Shown here one piece after another: positions 1 through 6,865 of a stretch of 37,537 nucleotides of DNA. This stretch comes from a virus. Taxonomy: Duplodnaviria; Caudoviricetes. The notes under the pieces are model-generated. The model searched no databases. It was not told where the DNA came from and was given only the letters and a program-made list of their open reading frames with translations. Both the position numbers and the translations under genes were made by a program. Location: the IMG/VR virus record IMGVR_UViG_3300036793_000056, positions 1-37,537 of that record. One strand, 5' to 3'. Positions within the stretch are counted from its first letter, which is position 1. Each line of letters opens with the position of its first letter.

Positions 1-327
1 GGTCAGGCCGCCGGTGGTGGTATTGCCCGGCGCGCCGACGTCGTGGTTGATCGCGTTTTGACATATGTCACGCACATGGCGCAATCGCCCGGCGGCGATC
101 GCCGCCTTGCCGACACCGGCCTGCATGGTGTAGCTGTAGCCCAGCATCGACCGGCCGCTGTCGGTCTGCGTGATGCGGTGCAGGGTAAACGCCGCCAGCT
201 TGCCGGTGCGATTGAGACTGGCCACCTGGTCGGCGACGGCCTGGCGCTGCCGATCGGTGTACGTCGACCATCGCTGCGGCACGTAGCACTGCACGTCGTG
301 CAGTTCGATGATCAGCCGCCCGCTCAT
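1..327 (-). CDS. Hypothetical protein, runs off the window edge (MSGRLIIELHDVQCYVPQRW...NTTTGGLT)
   Basis: Translated by hand. ATG at 327 overlaps the previous stop (ATGA) and the frame is open to base 1. Not in the ORF track because there is no stop in the window. Confidence 0.7.
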   Translation of the reverse strand, partial: MSGRLIIELHDVQCYVPQRWSTYTDRQRQAVADQVASLNRTGKLAAFTLHRITQTDSGRSMLGYSYTMQAGVGKAAIAAGRLRHVRDICQNAINHDVGAPGNTTTGGLT

Positions 328-455
328 TGGTCGACCACCAGGTGCAGGCCCAGCGCATTTTCCACCGGCGTCGGGTCAAAAGTGGCTGGGTTGGGGCAAT
401 CGCAGCCGTAAGCCTCACCACAAAAAATGCACGGGAGCGACGGTGACCTGCTCAT
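324..455 (-). CDS. 43-aa Cys-rich protein (MSRSPSLPCIFCGEAYGCDCPNP...)
   Basis: ATGA overlaps at both ends fill the gap between neighbours exactly. CxxC...CxC motif. Confidence 0.6.
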   Translation of the reverse strand: MSRSPSLPCIFCGEAYGCDCPNPATFDPTPVENALGLHLVVDQ

Positions 456-745
456 TTGGCGCGCACCAGGGGCATGTTGCCGTGCACATAGCTCAGGGGC
501 GGGTGCGGGTTGATGGTGACCGGCGTGTCGGGGTCAAGCACCTGCTCTTTGGCGGCGTGCTCGCCGACGTGCACCGTCGTGCGGCCACCGACGTGGTAAA
601 TCTGCCGCAGCTCAGCCTCGACCACAATGTCGATGACCGTTTCGTCGTTCATCACCATGAACCTGACCTGCTTGCCGATGTGCTTGCCGTGCAGCTCAGC
701 GGCGCTGACCACCACGGGGTTGTCGTCAAACGGGCTGCCGGTCAT
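452..745 (-). CDS. Hypothetical protein, 97 aa
   Basis: ORF track. ATGA coupling on both sides. Confidence 0.8.
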   Translation of the reverse strand: MTGSPFDDNPVVVSAAELHGKHIGKQVRFMVMNDETVIDIVVEAELRQIYHVGGRTTVHVGEHAAKEQVLDPDTPVTINPHPPLSYVHGNMPLVRAK

Positions 746-1212
746 GCGTCCTCACCGCCGATGCCGAAAAAGTCACGCACGATGGCTCGCTGATCTTTGA
801 GCTTGCCCAGCTCACGGGCCGTGCGGGTGAAATCGTCACTCTGACGCCTGATCACGATGTTGTAGTGGCGCAGCCACTCGGCCACCTTGGCCATCGCGTT
901 GGGGTCGCCGACGCGCGGCACGTCGATCGGTACCAGGCCGCCAAATGGCGCTTTGCTCAGATGGCGCAGTATCACGGCCAGCGTCGGGTTGGCGTAGACC
1001 TCATGCGGCCCGATGACCTCGGCGGTGCCGACCTTGCCGTGCCAGGGCTCGACCGGCGGCCCCTCGCTGTAGTCGTGCGCGGCGGCCTCGGGGTCGGGGT
1101 AGAGCTTGTCCATGTCGTCGGCGCGCAGGTACTCGCGCGGGGTGGCCGCCAGGCGGGCTAGCTCATCGTCGTCGGGGTCATAGCCGTGGTAGGCCAGGCT
1201 GTCGTCGCTCAT
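742..1212 (-). CDS. Hypothetical protein, 156 aa (MSDDSLAY...), C-terminal coiled-coil-like segment
   Basis: Start moved to ATG 1212, which overlaps the stop of the upstream gene (ATGA). Confidence 0.75.
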   Translation of the reverse strand: MSDDSLAYHGYDPDDDELARLAATPREYLRADDMDKLYPDPEAAAHDYSEGPPVEPWHGKVGTAEVIGPHEVYANPTLAVILRHLSKAPFGGLVPIDVPRVGDPNAMAKVAEWLRHYNIVIRRQSDDFTRTARELGKLKDQRAIVRDFFGIGGEDA

Positions 1213-1607
1213 GTCAGCGCCCGCACGATCGTGACGGGCACGGGCTGCGTGCTGGGCAACGGGGCGCTCACCGCGCCCTGAGGAATGAACTGCGGGCACA
1301 GGTCGACCACGGCCAGCACGACGATATCGGTGGCGATATCGGTGGTCGCGCCGGTCTGGCCCATAAACTGCCGCACGGCGGTGACGATCGGCATACCCTT
1401 GGCCAGGTTGTCGCAGACCGTTTCGCCGACCAGGATTTCTTTGTACGGCGTGCCGGTGATGCCCACGCGGGCCAGGTCGACGGTGTAGTAAAACTGCGCG
1501 TTGCCGTGATCGGTACCGGGGTCGGCGTGGCCGGTTGGGGCGCTAGCGATGAGTGCGCCCGCTAGGCCCAGGCCGCCGATCAGGCGGCGGGCGGTGATGA
1601 TGCTCAT
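1209..1607 (-). CDS. Secreted DUF732-like protein
   Basis: Signal peptide ending GHA-DP. G..VC..L..G...LCP pattern typical of mycobacterial DUF732. ATGA-coupled start at 1607. Confidence 0.75.
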   Translation of the reverse strand: MSIITARRLIGGLGLAGALIASAPTGHADPGTDHGNAQFYYTVDLARVGITGTPYKEILVGETVCDNLAKGMPIVTAVRQFMGQTGATTDIATDIVVLAVVDLCPQFIPQGAVSAPLPSTQPVPVTIVRALT

Positions 1608-1810
1608 GGTGTTCCCCTGTCGTGTTGGATAGTGGCTATTTTGTCGCGGCAACGGCCGCAAATCGGCACATCGCCCAGTGTCGGGTGAGATTGGGTGGTC
1701 ACGGCCCAGCGAGTACAGAGTGCAAACCACTGGCAACTGATCGGCACCAGGTCAGGACCGCATTGGTAAAACACGCCCTGGTCGGTGATGGTGACCTCAA
1801 CAGTTGCCAT
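1604..1810 (-). CDS. Small Cys/His-rich protein, 68 aa (CQWFALC...H...CGRC), probably leaderless
   Basis: ATG at 1810 lies 7 nt downstream of a TATTGT -10 box. Confidence 0.7.
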   Translation of the reverse strand: MATVEVTITDQGVFYQCGPDLVPISCQWFALCTRWAVTTQSHPTLGDVPICGRCRDKIATIQHDRGTP

Positions 1811-1817
1811 GTGGCTC

Positions 1818-1845
1818 ACAATACCTACTGTTACGGGGTTGTCAA
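1818..1845 (-). promoter_or_regulatory. SigA-like promoter TTGACA-N16-TATTGT
   Basis: Minus strand -35 at 1840-1845 and -10 at 1818-1823, in a locally AT-rich patch. Confidence 0.7.
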
Positions 1846-2151
1846 CAATTGATTTGCATACCGCGCGGCGTAGTCGACAGCCGCAAGTGATTTTGCCGCC
1901 TCAAGGTCAGGCGCAGGTCCGACCCTGATTTTGTCACCGCCGCACGTCTTGCAGTTGATCAGGTAGACCACACGTTTGGGCGCGCTGGGCATGACGCGCT
2001 CAATACGGTAGTAGGGCGGCATGGAAGCGTCAGGGTCCAGCAGCGTGGCCCACGCCTTGACGCCGGTCACGACACGCTTGTGTCGGCCCGGCCGGTACTC
2101 GCGGTGCCAGCTCAGTTGGCCGGTGTCGTCAATGGGCTGTATGCGGCTCAT
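1831..2151 (-). CDS. Hypothetical protein, 106 aa (MSRIQPIDD..., CKTC motif)
   Basis: GAGAGG SD-like sequence upstream of ATG 2151. The upstream part of the 240-aa track ORF crosses a regulatory region and another gene. Confidence 0.7.
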   Translation of the reverse strand: MSRIQPIDDTGQLSWHREYRPGRHKRVVTGVKAWATLLDPDASMPPYYRIERVMPSAPKRVVYLINCKTCGGDKIRVGPAPDLEAAKSLAAVDYAARYANQLLTTP

Positions 2152-2241
2152 GGTTGTGGCCTCTCGGTTGTGCGCCGGTCGATCCGGCGTCAGCACCATT
2201 TTATCAAGTCGGTGTTTGCCAGTATTAAAGCCGATAGCGTC

Positions 2242-2285
2242 TGACCTGCGGCTTTCATAAATCATGTTGTTAACTCCGCAGGTCA
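2242..2285. repeat. Perfect 10-bp inverted repeat TGACCTGCGG / CCGCAGGTCA with a 24-bp AT-rich spacer
   Basis: Arms at 2242-2251 and 2276-2285 in an intergenic gap. Confidence 0.85.
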
Positions 2286-2306
2286 AAATTGGGGCTTGAC
2301 ACGGGT

Positions 2307-2477
2307 TTAGGCGCTCTCTTGCTGGCCGTCGTCGTGGTCGGCGATCGCCTCGGAAATCTCGAATCCCAGCGCCACCGGCGGCAGCAGCAGATTGTCGATG
2401 ATCTGATCGGTGACGGCGTTGATCGCGCGCAAGATCACGTCGAGCCGGGCCAGCCGGGCGATCAATCGGGCGATCAT
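2307..2477 (-). CDS. Hypothetical protein, 56 aa (MIARLIARL...)
   Basis: ATGA overlap with the lipoprotein stop. Confidence 0.6.
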   Translation of the reverse strand: MIARLIARLARLDVILRAINAVTDQIIDNLLLPPVALGFEISEAIADHDDGQQESA

Positions 2478-2776
2478 TCGTTGTCCTCTGGGTCGCAGCT
2501 GCACTGAGGCCAGAGCGCGCCACGCTTACAGCGGTTGAACACGTCCTGATCAACTTCGACGTCGCCCTTCCAGTTCGGATTATGCGTCGCGGTGATGGTC
2601 AGGGTCCACGACTCTGGCCACGGGATTGACGTGACGCAGCCCTTGCCGCAGCTGATCACCTGCGTCCATGCGTCGCTGTGATGGCGTTTGGTGACCGTGC
2701 CGTCGGGCGGCACCGGGTGATCGCCGCAGCCAGCAAGCATCGCGGCCAGAGCGGCGATCGCCAGTGCGCGCCTCAC
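2474..2776 (-). CDS. Lipoprotein, 100 aa
   Basis: GTG at 2776 (GTGA overlap) gives MRRALAIAALAAMLAG-C, a canonical lipobox. Confidence 0.8.
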   Translation of the reverse strand: MRRALAIAALAAMLAGCGDHPVPPDGTVTKRHHSDAWTQVISCGKGCVTSIPWPESWTLTITATHNPNWKGDVEVDQDVFNRCKRGALWPQCSCDPEDNE

Positions 2777-2916
2777 CGGGCCACGCCCATCACCAGCAGG
2801 GTCATCAGTGGGGCCAAGGTCGCCGTGGCGGCCAGCAGCTCGTCGACGGTGTGCCGGGTCGTGTGACGCAACCACGCGGCCCCGGCCAGCGACATGCCCA
2901 ACAGCGCGACGATCAT
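2773..2916 (-). CDS. 47-aa membrane protein (MIVALLGMSLAGAAWLR...LLVMGVAR)
   Basis: Translated by hand. ATGA and GTGA overlaps at both ends. Two hydrophobic stretches. Confidence 0.65.
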   Translation of the reverse strand: MIVALLGMSLAGAAWLRHTTRHTVDELLAATATLAPLMTLLVMGVAR

Positions 2917-3230
2917 CGGCTCATCGGGTGCTGGTAGGGCGCGGCGACGATGATGTTGCGTCGGCCCTGGCGATACTCATCGACCGCCTTGACCAGTAGG
3001 TCGGCCTCCCACGGGTCGGCACCCGTTTTCAGCAGCTCACGGCGCAGTATGGCCAGGCGGTTACGTTGGTGCACCCGGTCGCGCATGAGCAGATTGCGGA
3101 AGTAGGCCATGTCACCGCCCGCCTGGGCGTCGGCGACGTGCTCACGGCGTCGCCGCTGCACAAACGGGTTGCAGGTGCGGCACCACAGGTCGTGGGTCAG
3201 GAAATGCAGCAGTTGTTTCACGGGAAACAT
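2913..3230 (-). CDS. Hypothetical protein, 105 aa (HDLWCRTC motif)
   Basis: ORF track. First gene after the promoter at 3278-3307. GAGAGG upstream. Confidence 0.7.
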   Translation of the reverse strand: MFPVKQLLHFLTHDLWCRTCNPFVQRRRREHVADAQAGGDMAYFRNLLMRDRVHQRNRLAILRRELLKTGADPWEADLLVKAVDEYRQGRRNIIVAAPYQHPMSR

Positions 3231-3277
3231 CGCCTCTCATGGTGGCGGGTCAGGCCGCCGGTGGTTGTGATCGGGTC

Positions 3278-3307
3278 AGACTAGGCCGACTATGACGGGT
3301 ATGTCAA
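3278..3307 (-). promoter_or_regulatory. SigA-like promoter TTGACA-N18-TAGTCT
   Basis: Minus strand -35 at 3302-3307 and -10 at 3278-3283, at the divergence point of the two arms. Confidence 0.7.
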
Positions 3308-3332
3308 CGACGACATGGGCGGCCAGACGCGC

Positions 3333-3338
3333 TAGGAT
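3333..3338 (+). promoter_or_regulatory. -10 box TAGGAT for a leaderless ParB-like gene
   Basis: 7 nt upstream of ATG 3346. Confidence 0.55.
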
Positions 3339-3345
3339 GCCGGTC

Positions 3346-4209
3346 ATGGCCTCTGAGACTGCACCGAACCCGTTTGACAAGGGCACCAAAGCCCGTGAGC
3401 CAGCCCTAGACGGGGCGGCGGTGCGCGCCGCGATCAACGACCTGACGGTGCGCAAGCACGTCCCACCGGCGACGCTCAACACGTTCCACCGCAACCCGCG
3501 TAAGGGCGACGTACCGGCGATCATGGCCAGCCTCAAGGCCCATGACCAGTACAAGCCGATCGTGGTCAACATCGGCACGCACACCGGCCGCCCGCATGAG
3601 GTTTTGGCCGGTAACCACACGCTGATGGCGGTTCGTGAGCTGGCAGAGAAGTACCCCGACGACCCGCGCTGGGAGAACGTGCTGGTGCACTGGCTTGACG
3701 TCGATGACGACCGCTGTAACCGCATCGTGGCCGCCGACAACCAAACGGCCCAGCTGGGCGGGTTCGACATGGAACAGCTGGCCGGGCTGCTGGAAGATAT
3801 CGGCGAGGTCAACCTGGGCGATATCGGATTCAGCGACGACGACCTGGCCGATATCAAGGCCAAACTGGAAGAAAACGCCCTCAATCTGCCGCCCCGGCCC
3901 GAAGGGCTGCACGACATTTCCAACAATCCCAACACCGGCAGCGATGAGCGCCACGGCAGCTATGAGCAGACCGGCACCCGCGCGATGATCTTGACGCTGC
4001 CGATCGCCCAGTTTGTCTGGGTGCAAGAGCAGCTGACCGCTCTGCGCGAGGAGTATGCAGTCGACAACAACGTCGACATGGTGCTGCACCTGGTCGCCGA
4101 CGCCAGTGAAACCGAAGTTCCGGCCGCCGACGCTGAGGTCAGCGCCGACGCGATCGACCAGGCCGACAACCAAGCCGCCAACGGTGCGGCCGACCCCGAG
4201 GCGGAATGA
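3346..4209 (+). CDS. ParB/Srx-like N-terminal domain protein
   Basis: NPRKGD...I.ASL...QYKPIVVN...VLAGNHT..A...IVAADN is the phage ParBc-type pattern. Acidic C-terminus. Confidence 0.85.
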   Translation: MASETAPNPFDKGTKAREPALDGAAVRAAINDLTVRKHVPPATLNTFHRNPRKGDVPAIMASLKAHDQYKPIVVNIGTHTGRPHEVLAGNHTLMAVRELAEKYPDDPRWENVLVHWLDVDDDRCNRIVAADNQTAQLGGFDMEQLAGLLEDIGEVNLGDIGFSDDDLADIKAKLEENALNLPPRPEGLHDISNNPNTGSDERHGSYEQTGTRAMILTLPIAQFVWVQEQLTALREEYAVDNNVDMVLHLVADASETEVPAADAEVSADAIDQADNQAANGAADPEAE

Positions 4210-5051
4210 TGACCATTGTGTGGCGCACTCTCACTGCCCTGCTGATGCTGTTGACCTTTGGGCCGTGGCACATCGCACCGGCGCACGCCGACACCCCGAT
4301 GACCTACACCGTTGAGCCGTTCGATTTCGACGGTGCGGGCATGACGATGACCGTCACGCAGTTGCAGTTCAACGGCAAGATGTGCCCCTGCACCAAGATC
4401 GCCTACCCGGCCGATGGCCTGCACAACCAGCAAGGCGCTGACGCCATCTGGAAGGCCGTACAACAGGGCATCATCAAACCCGGCGACACGCTGATGGGTT
4501 TCAGCCTGGGAGTGCAGGTGATTTCGTTGTTCCTGTCCCAGCACAGCCTGCCCGCCGGTGTACACGTCGTGCTGGCGGGTGACACCGAGGCCCGCAACAC
4601 CGCGCTGGTCAACGCGCACCAGGGCATTCCGGTCGACATTGCCAACGACGTGCTTGCCGTCGTGAACGAGTACGACGGTTGGTCTGACGCCCCGGTCAAC
4701 ACCACCGCGCCCGGCTACAGCCTGGCGTGGATCACCGCCGGGATGGGCACCCAGCTGTTGCACTACTACCGCAACGCCGACCCGTCTGATCCGGCCAATG
4801 TGCGCTACACCAAAGGCAACATCACCTACGTGCTGATCCCGACCGTGCATCTGCCGCAGTATGCCTACCTGCGCGCGGTCGGCCTGGCCCCCACGCAGGC
4901 TCAAGAGGACGCCCAGCGCGTGCAGATCAACACTGCCTACAACCGGCCCGGCTCAGGCATTCCGCAGCGCGCGGCGGCGGCCAGCCAGCAAGTGCCGTTC
5001 CCGCCGCCCGCGTGGGTCAACGGACCTGAGCCCGCAGCGGCGATCAGGTGA
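4206..5051 (+). CDS. Secreted PE-PPE-type alpha/beta serine hydrolase (cutinase/esterase-like)
   Basis: Signal peptide ending AHA-D. GFSLG nucleophile elbow, EYDGWSDAP Asp motif, LLHYY His, and ITYVLIPT..LP as in PE-PPE domains. Confidence 0.8.
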   Translation: MMTIVWRTLTALLMLLTFGPWHIAPAHADTPMTYTVEPFDFDGAGMTMTVTQLQFNGKMCPCTKIAYPADGLHNQQGADAIWKAVQQGIIKPGDTLMGFSLGVQVISLFLSQHSLPAGVHVVLAGDTEARNTALVNAHQGIPVDIANDVLAVVNEYDGWSDAPVNTTAPGYSLAWITAGMGTQLLHYYRNADPSDPANVRYTKGNITYVLIPTVHLPQYAYLRAVGLAPTQAQEDAQRVQINTAYNRPGSGIPQRAAAASQQVPFPPPAWVNGPEPAAAIR

Positions 5052-5944
5052 CCCTCACGCACATTGAGGCCCGGCGCGTCATGTCACCCAAAGACGCCGG
5101 TGACCTGGTGGGCACGATGGTGCCCGGCGACGTGGTGGTCGGTGAGACACTGCACCCCGGCACGGTCATACATGACTGGGAGACGGGTGAGCCCGTGCTG
5201 GCCTACACCGCGCTGGTCGACCCCGGCCCACTACGCCGGGCGCTGCTGGAAGTGCGGCCCACCTGCGCTGAGCAGCAGGTCGCCCGGTCAAAGAATTACC
5301 GCAGCTACAGCCGCACGTTCGGCTACTCGCCCCGGCGGCCGGTCATGGGGCGTGAGGCGTGCCATGTCACCAGCCTGACCCGTGACTTTCCGCATGTCGC
5401 GGCGCTGCTGGAACGCTACGCCGACCAATTCAGCGATTGGATCAGCGCCGTCGACCCGGCGATCGTGCGGGCCGGGCAGGCCGCGCTGGCCGAGGTTCTA
5501 CCCGATTGGAGACTGGGCGATGCACAGCTCTGGACCTCTGGTGTCATCAATGACACCGCTCAGTTGCCCTATCACCGCGACGGGTTCAATTTCCCCACCT
5601 GGTCGGCCATGCCTGTCGTTCGGCGCGGCACACGCGGCGGGCATCTGCATCTACCGGAGTATGGGCTTGTGGTTCCTTGCGCGGATGCCACGGTGACGTA
5701 TTTCGAGGGGCACCGGCTAGTCCACGGCGTGACGCCGATCACCCGCGTCAAGCCCGGTGAGGGCTATCGCATCAGCGTGGTCTATTACGCCCTGCGCGGT
5801 ATGAAAACGTGCCGTGAGCACGCCGAGGAGACTTCCTACGGCCTGACCGCGCGCACCCAGCGTGAGCAAGAGATGGCGGCCCGGCTCAAGACGGGCAACA
5901 CGGCGATACCCAGCAAGGTGACAATGCCGACCGGGGCGGTATAG
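5048..5944 (+). CDS. TET/JBP-like 2OG-Fe(II) dioxygenase
   Basis: TSGVIN...LPYHRD (HxD), GGHLHLPEY, distal HGVTP, and RISVVYY (2OG-binding Arg). Confidence 0.85.
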   Translation: MTLTHIEARRVMSPKDAGDLVGTMVPGDVVVGETLHPGTVIHDWETGEPVLAYTALVDPGPLRRALLEVRPTCAEQQVARSKNYRSYSRTFGYSPRRPVMGREACHVTSLTRDFPHVAALLERYADQFSDWISAVDPAIVRAGQAALAEVLPDWRLGDAQLWTSGVINDTAQLPYHRDGFNFPTWSAMPVVRRGTRGGHLHLPEYGLVVPCADATVTYFEGHRLVHGVTPITRVKPGEGYRISVVYYALRGMKTCREHAEETSYGLTARTQREQEMAARLKTGNTAIPSKVTMPTGAV

Positions 5945-5945
5945 T
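5940..5945 (+). promoter_or_regulatory. -10 box TATAGT, leaderless
   Basis: 6 nt upstream of ATG 5952. Confidence 0.55.
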
Positions 5946-5951
5946 CGCGGC

Positions 5952-6503
5952 ATGACCGATTACCGCATGATCTATATGGTGGGCCAGCCCGGCTCAGGCA
6001 AATCGACGCTGATGCGTCGGCTGACCGCTGGTTATGACCGGCTGGCCACCGATATCCCGGTGCCGCACGATCAGCTGATTGAGGGTGTGACCGGCGCGGT
6101 GCTGCACGCCGAGATTGGCCGTCAGCGCGGCGATTTCAGTGGCACCGACGCGCTGGCGTCGTCCATCATCACCCGTGCTGAGCCGTGGATATTGTCGCGG
6201 CCGTACCCGGTGGTGCTGGGTGAGGGCGCGCGGCTGGGCAATCATCGGTTTCTGACGGCGGCGGCTGAGGGCTACGACGTCGTGCTGGTGGTGCTTGATC
6301 ACCCCGACGCCGAGGCGTGGCGCGAGATTCGTAGCAAGCAGTTGGGCAAGTTTCAAAACGCTGGCTGGGTCAAGGGCCGCCTGACGGCCAGCCGCAACCT
6401 GGCCGACAACCCGCCTGACGGTGTGACCGTGCTGCGCGGGCACCCCGATGAGCTGTACACGTCGCTGGCCGATTTCGCTGACCTGCGGGGTATCGCCGCG
6501 TGA
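5952..6503 (+). CDS. P-loop nucleotide kinase-like protein
   Basis: N-terminal Walker A GQPGSGKST, then SGTDAL and VLGEGARL. Confidence 0.85.
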   Translation: MTDYRMIYMVGQPGSGKSTLMRRLTAGYDRLATDIPVPHDQLIEGVTGAVLHAEIGRQRGDFSGTDALASSIITRAEPWILSRPYPVVLGEGARLGNHRFLTAAAEGYDVVLVVLDHPDAEAWREIRSKQLGKFQNAGWVKGRLTASRNLADNPPDGVTVLRGHPDELYTSLADFADLRGIAA

Positions 6504-6760
6504 GATGGGACGCCAACGTCGTCTGCACGCACTGCGTCGCGCTGGGCGAGGTCACCTGCGCGACGTGCGGCCTGACCGGCGTGCCGCTCTGGGACGATGA
6601 GCACCCCGACGGCACGCGCTATACGGTGCCCAACCACAGCACACCGCTCAATGAGCGGTGTCACGGCAGCTATGCCGAGGTCGTGGTGGCCCCTGTGGCC
6701 GTTGCTGTTGAGTCTGCGCCACCGGCCCCTACCAAGCGCAAGCGGCGAGGTCGCCGATGA
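6500..6760 (+). CDS. Small zinc-finger-like protein with a basic tail
   Basis: CTHC, CATC, H...C and terminal KRKRRGRR. GTGA overlap. Confidence 0.65.
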   Translation: MRWDANVVCTHCVALGEVTCATCGLTGVPLWDDEHPDGTRYTVPNHSTPLNERCHGSYAEVVVAPVAVAVESAPPAPTKRKRRGRR

Positions 6761-6846
6761 GCGGTCAAGAGCTACTGATGTGGGAGTGCTTCGCTGTCCC
6801 TGTCGGCATCGTGATCGCGGTGTTCGTCATGTGGCTATTGCGCTGA
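6757..6846 (+). CDS. 29-aa single-pass membrane peptide (MSGQELLMWECFAVPVGIVIAVFVMWLLR)
   Basis: Translated by hand. ATGA overlap. Ends just before the terminase -10 box. Confidence 0.55.
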   Translation: MSGQELLMWECFAVPVGIVIAVFVMWLLR

Positions 6847-6853
6847 TCTGCTC

Positions 6854-6859
6854 TAACCT
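6854..6859 (+). promoter_or_regulatory. -10 box TAACCT, leaderless terminase transcript
   Basis: 6 nt upstream of ATG 6866, no SD. Confidence 0.65.
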
Positions 6860-6865
6860 GGGCTG

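Noticed and set aside
59-70. 12-bp palindrome TGACATATGTCA
   Set aside because: It is inside a coding frame, single copy, and its N4 spacing differs from the N6 operator-like motif. It could be chance.
2296-2301. Plus-strand TTGACA
   Set aside because: No TANNNT box at a 16-19 bp spacing.
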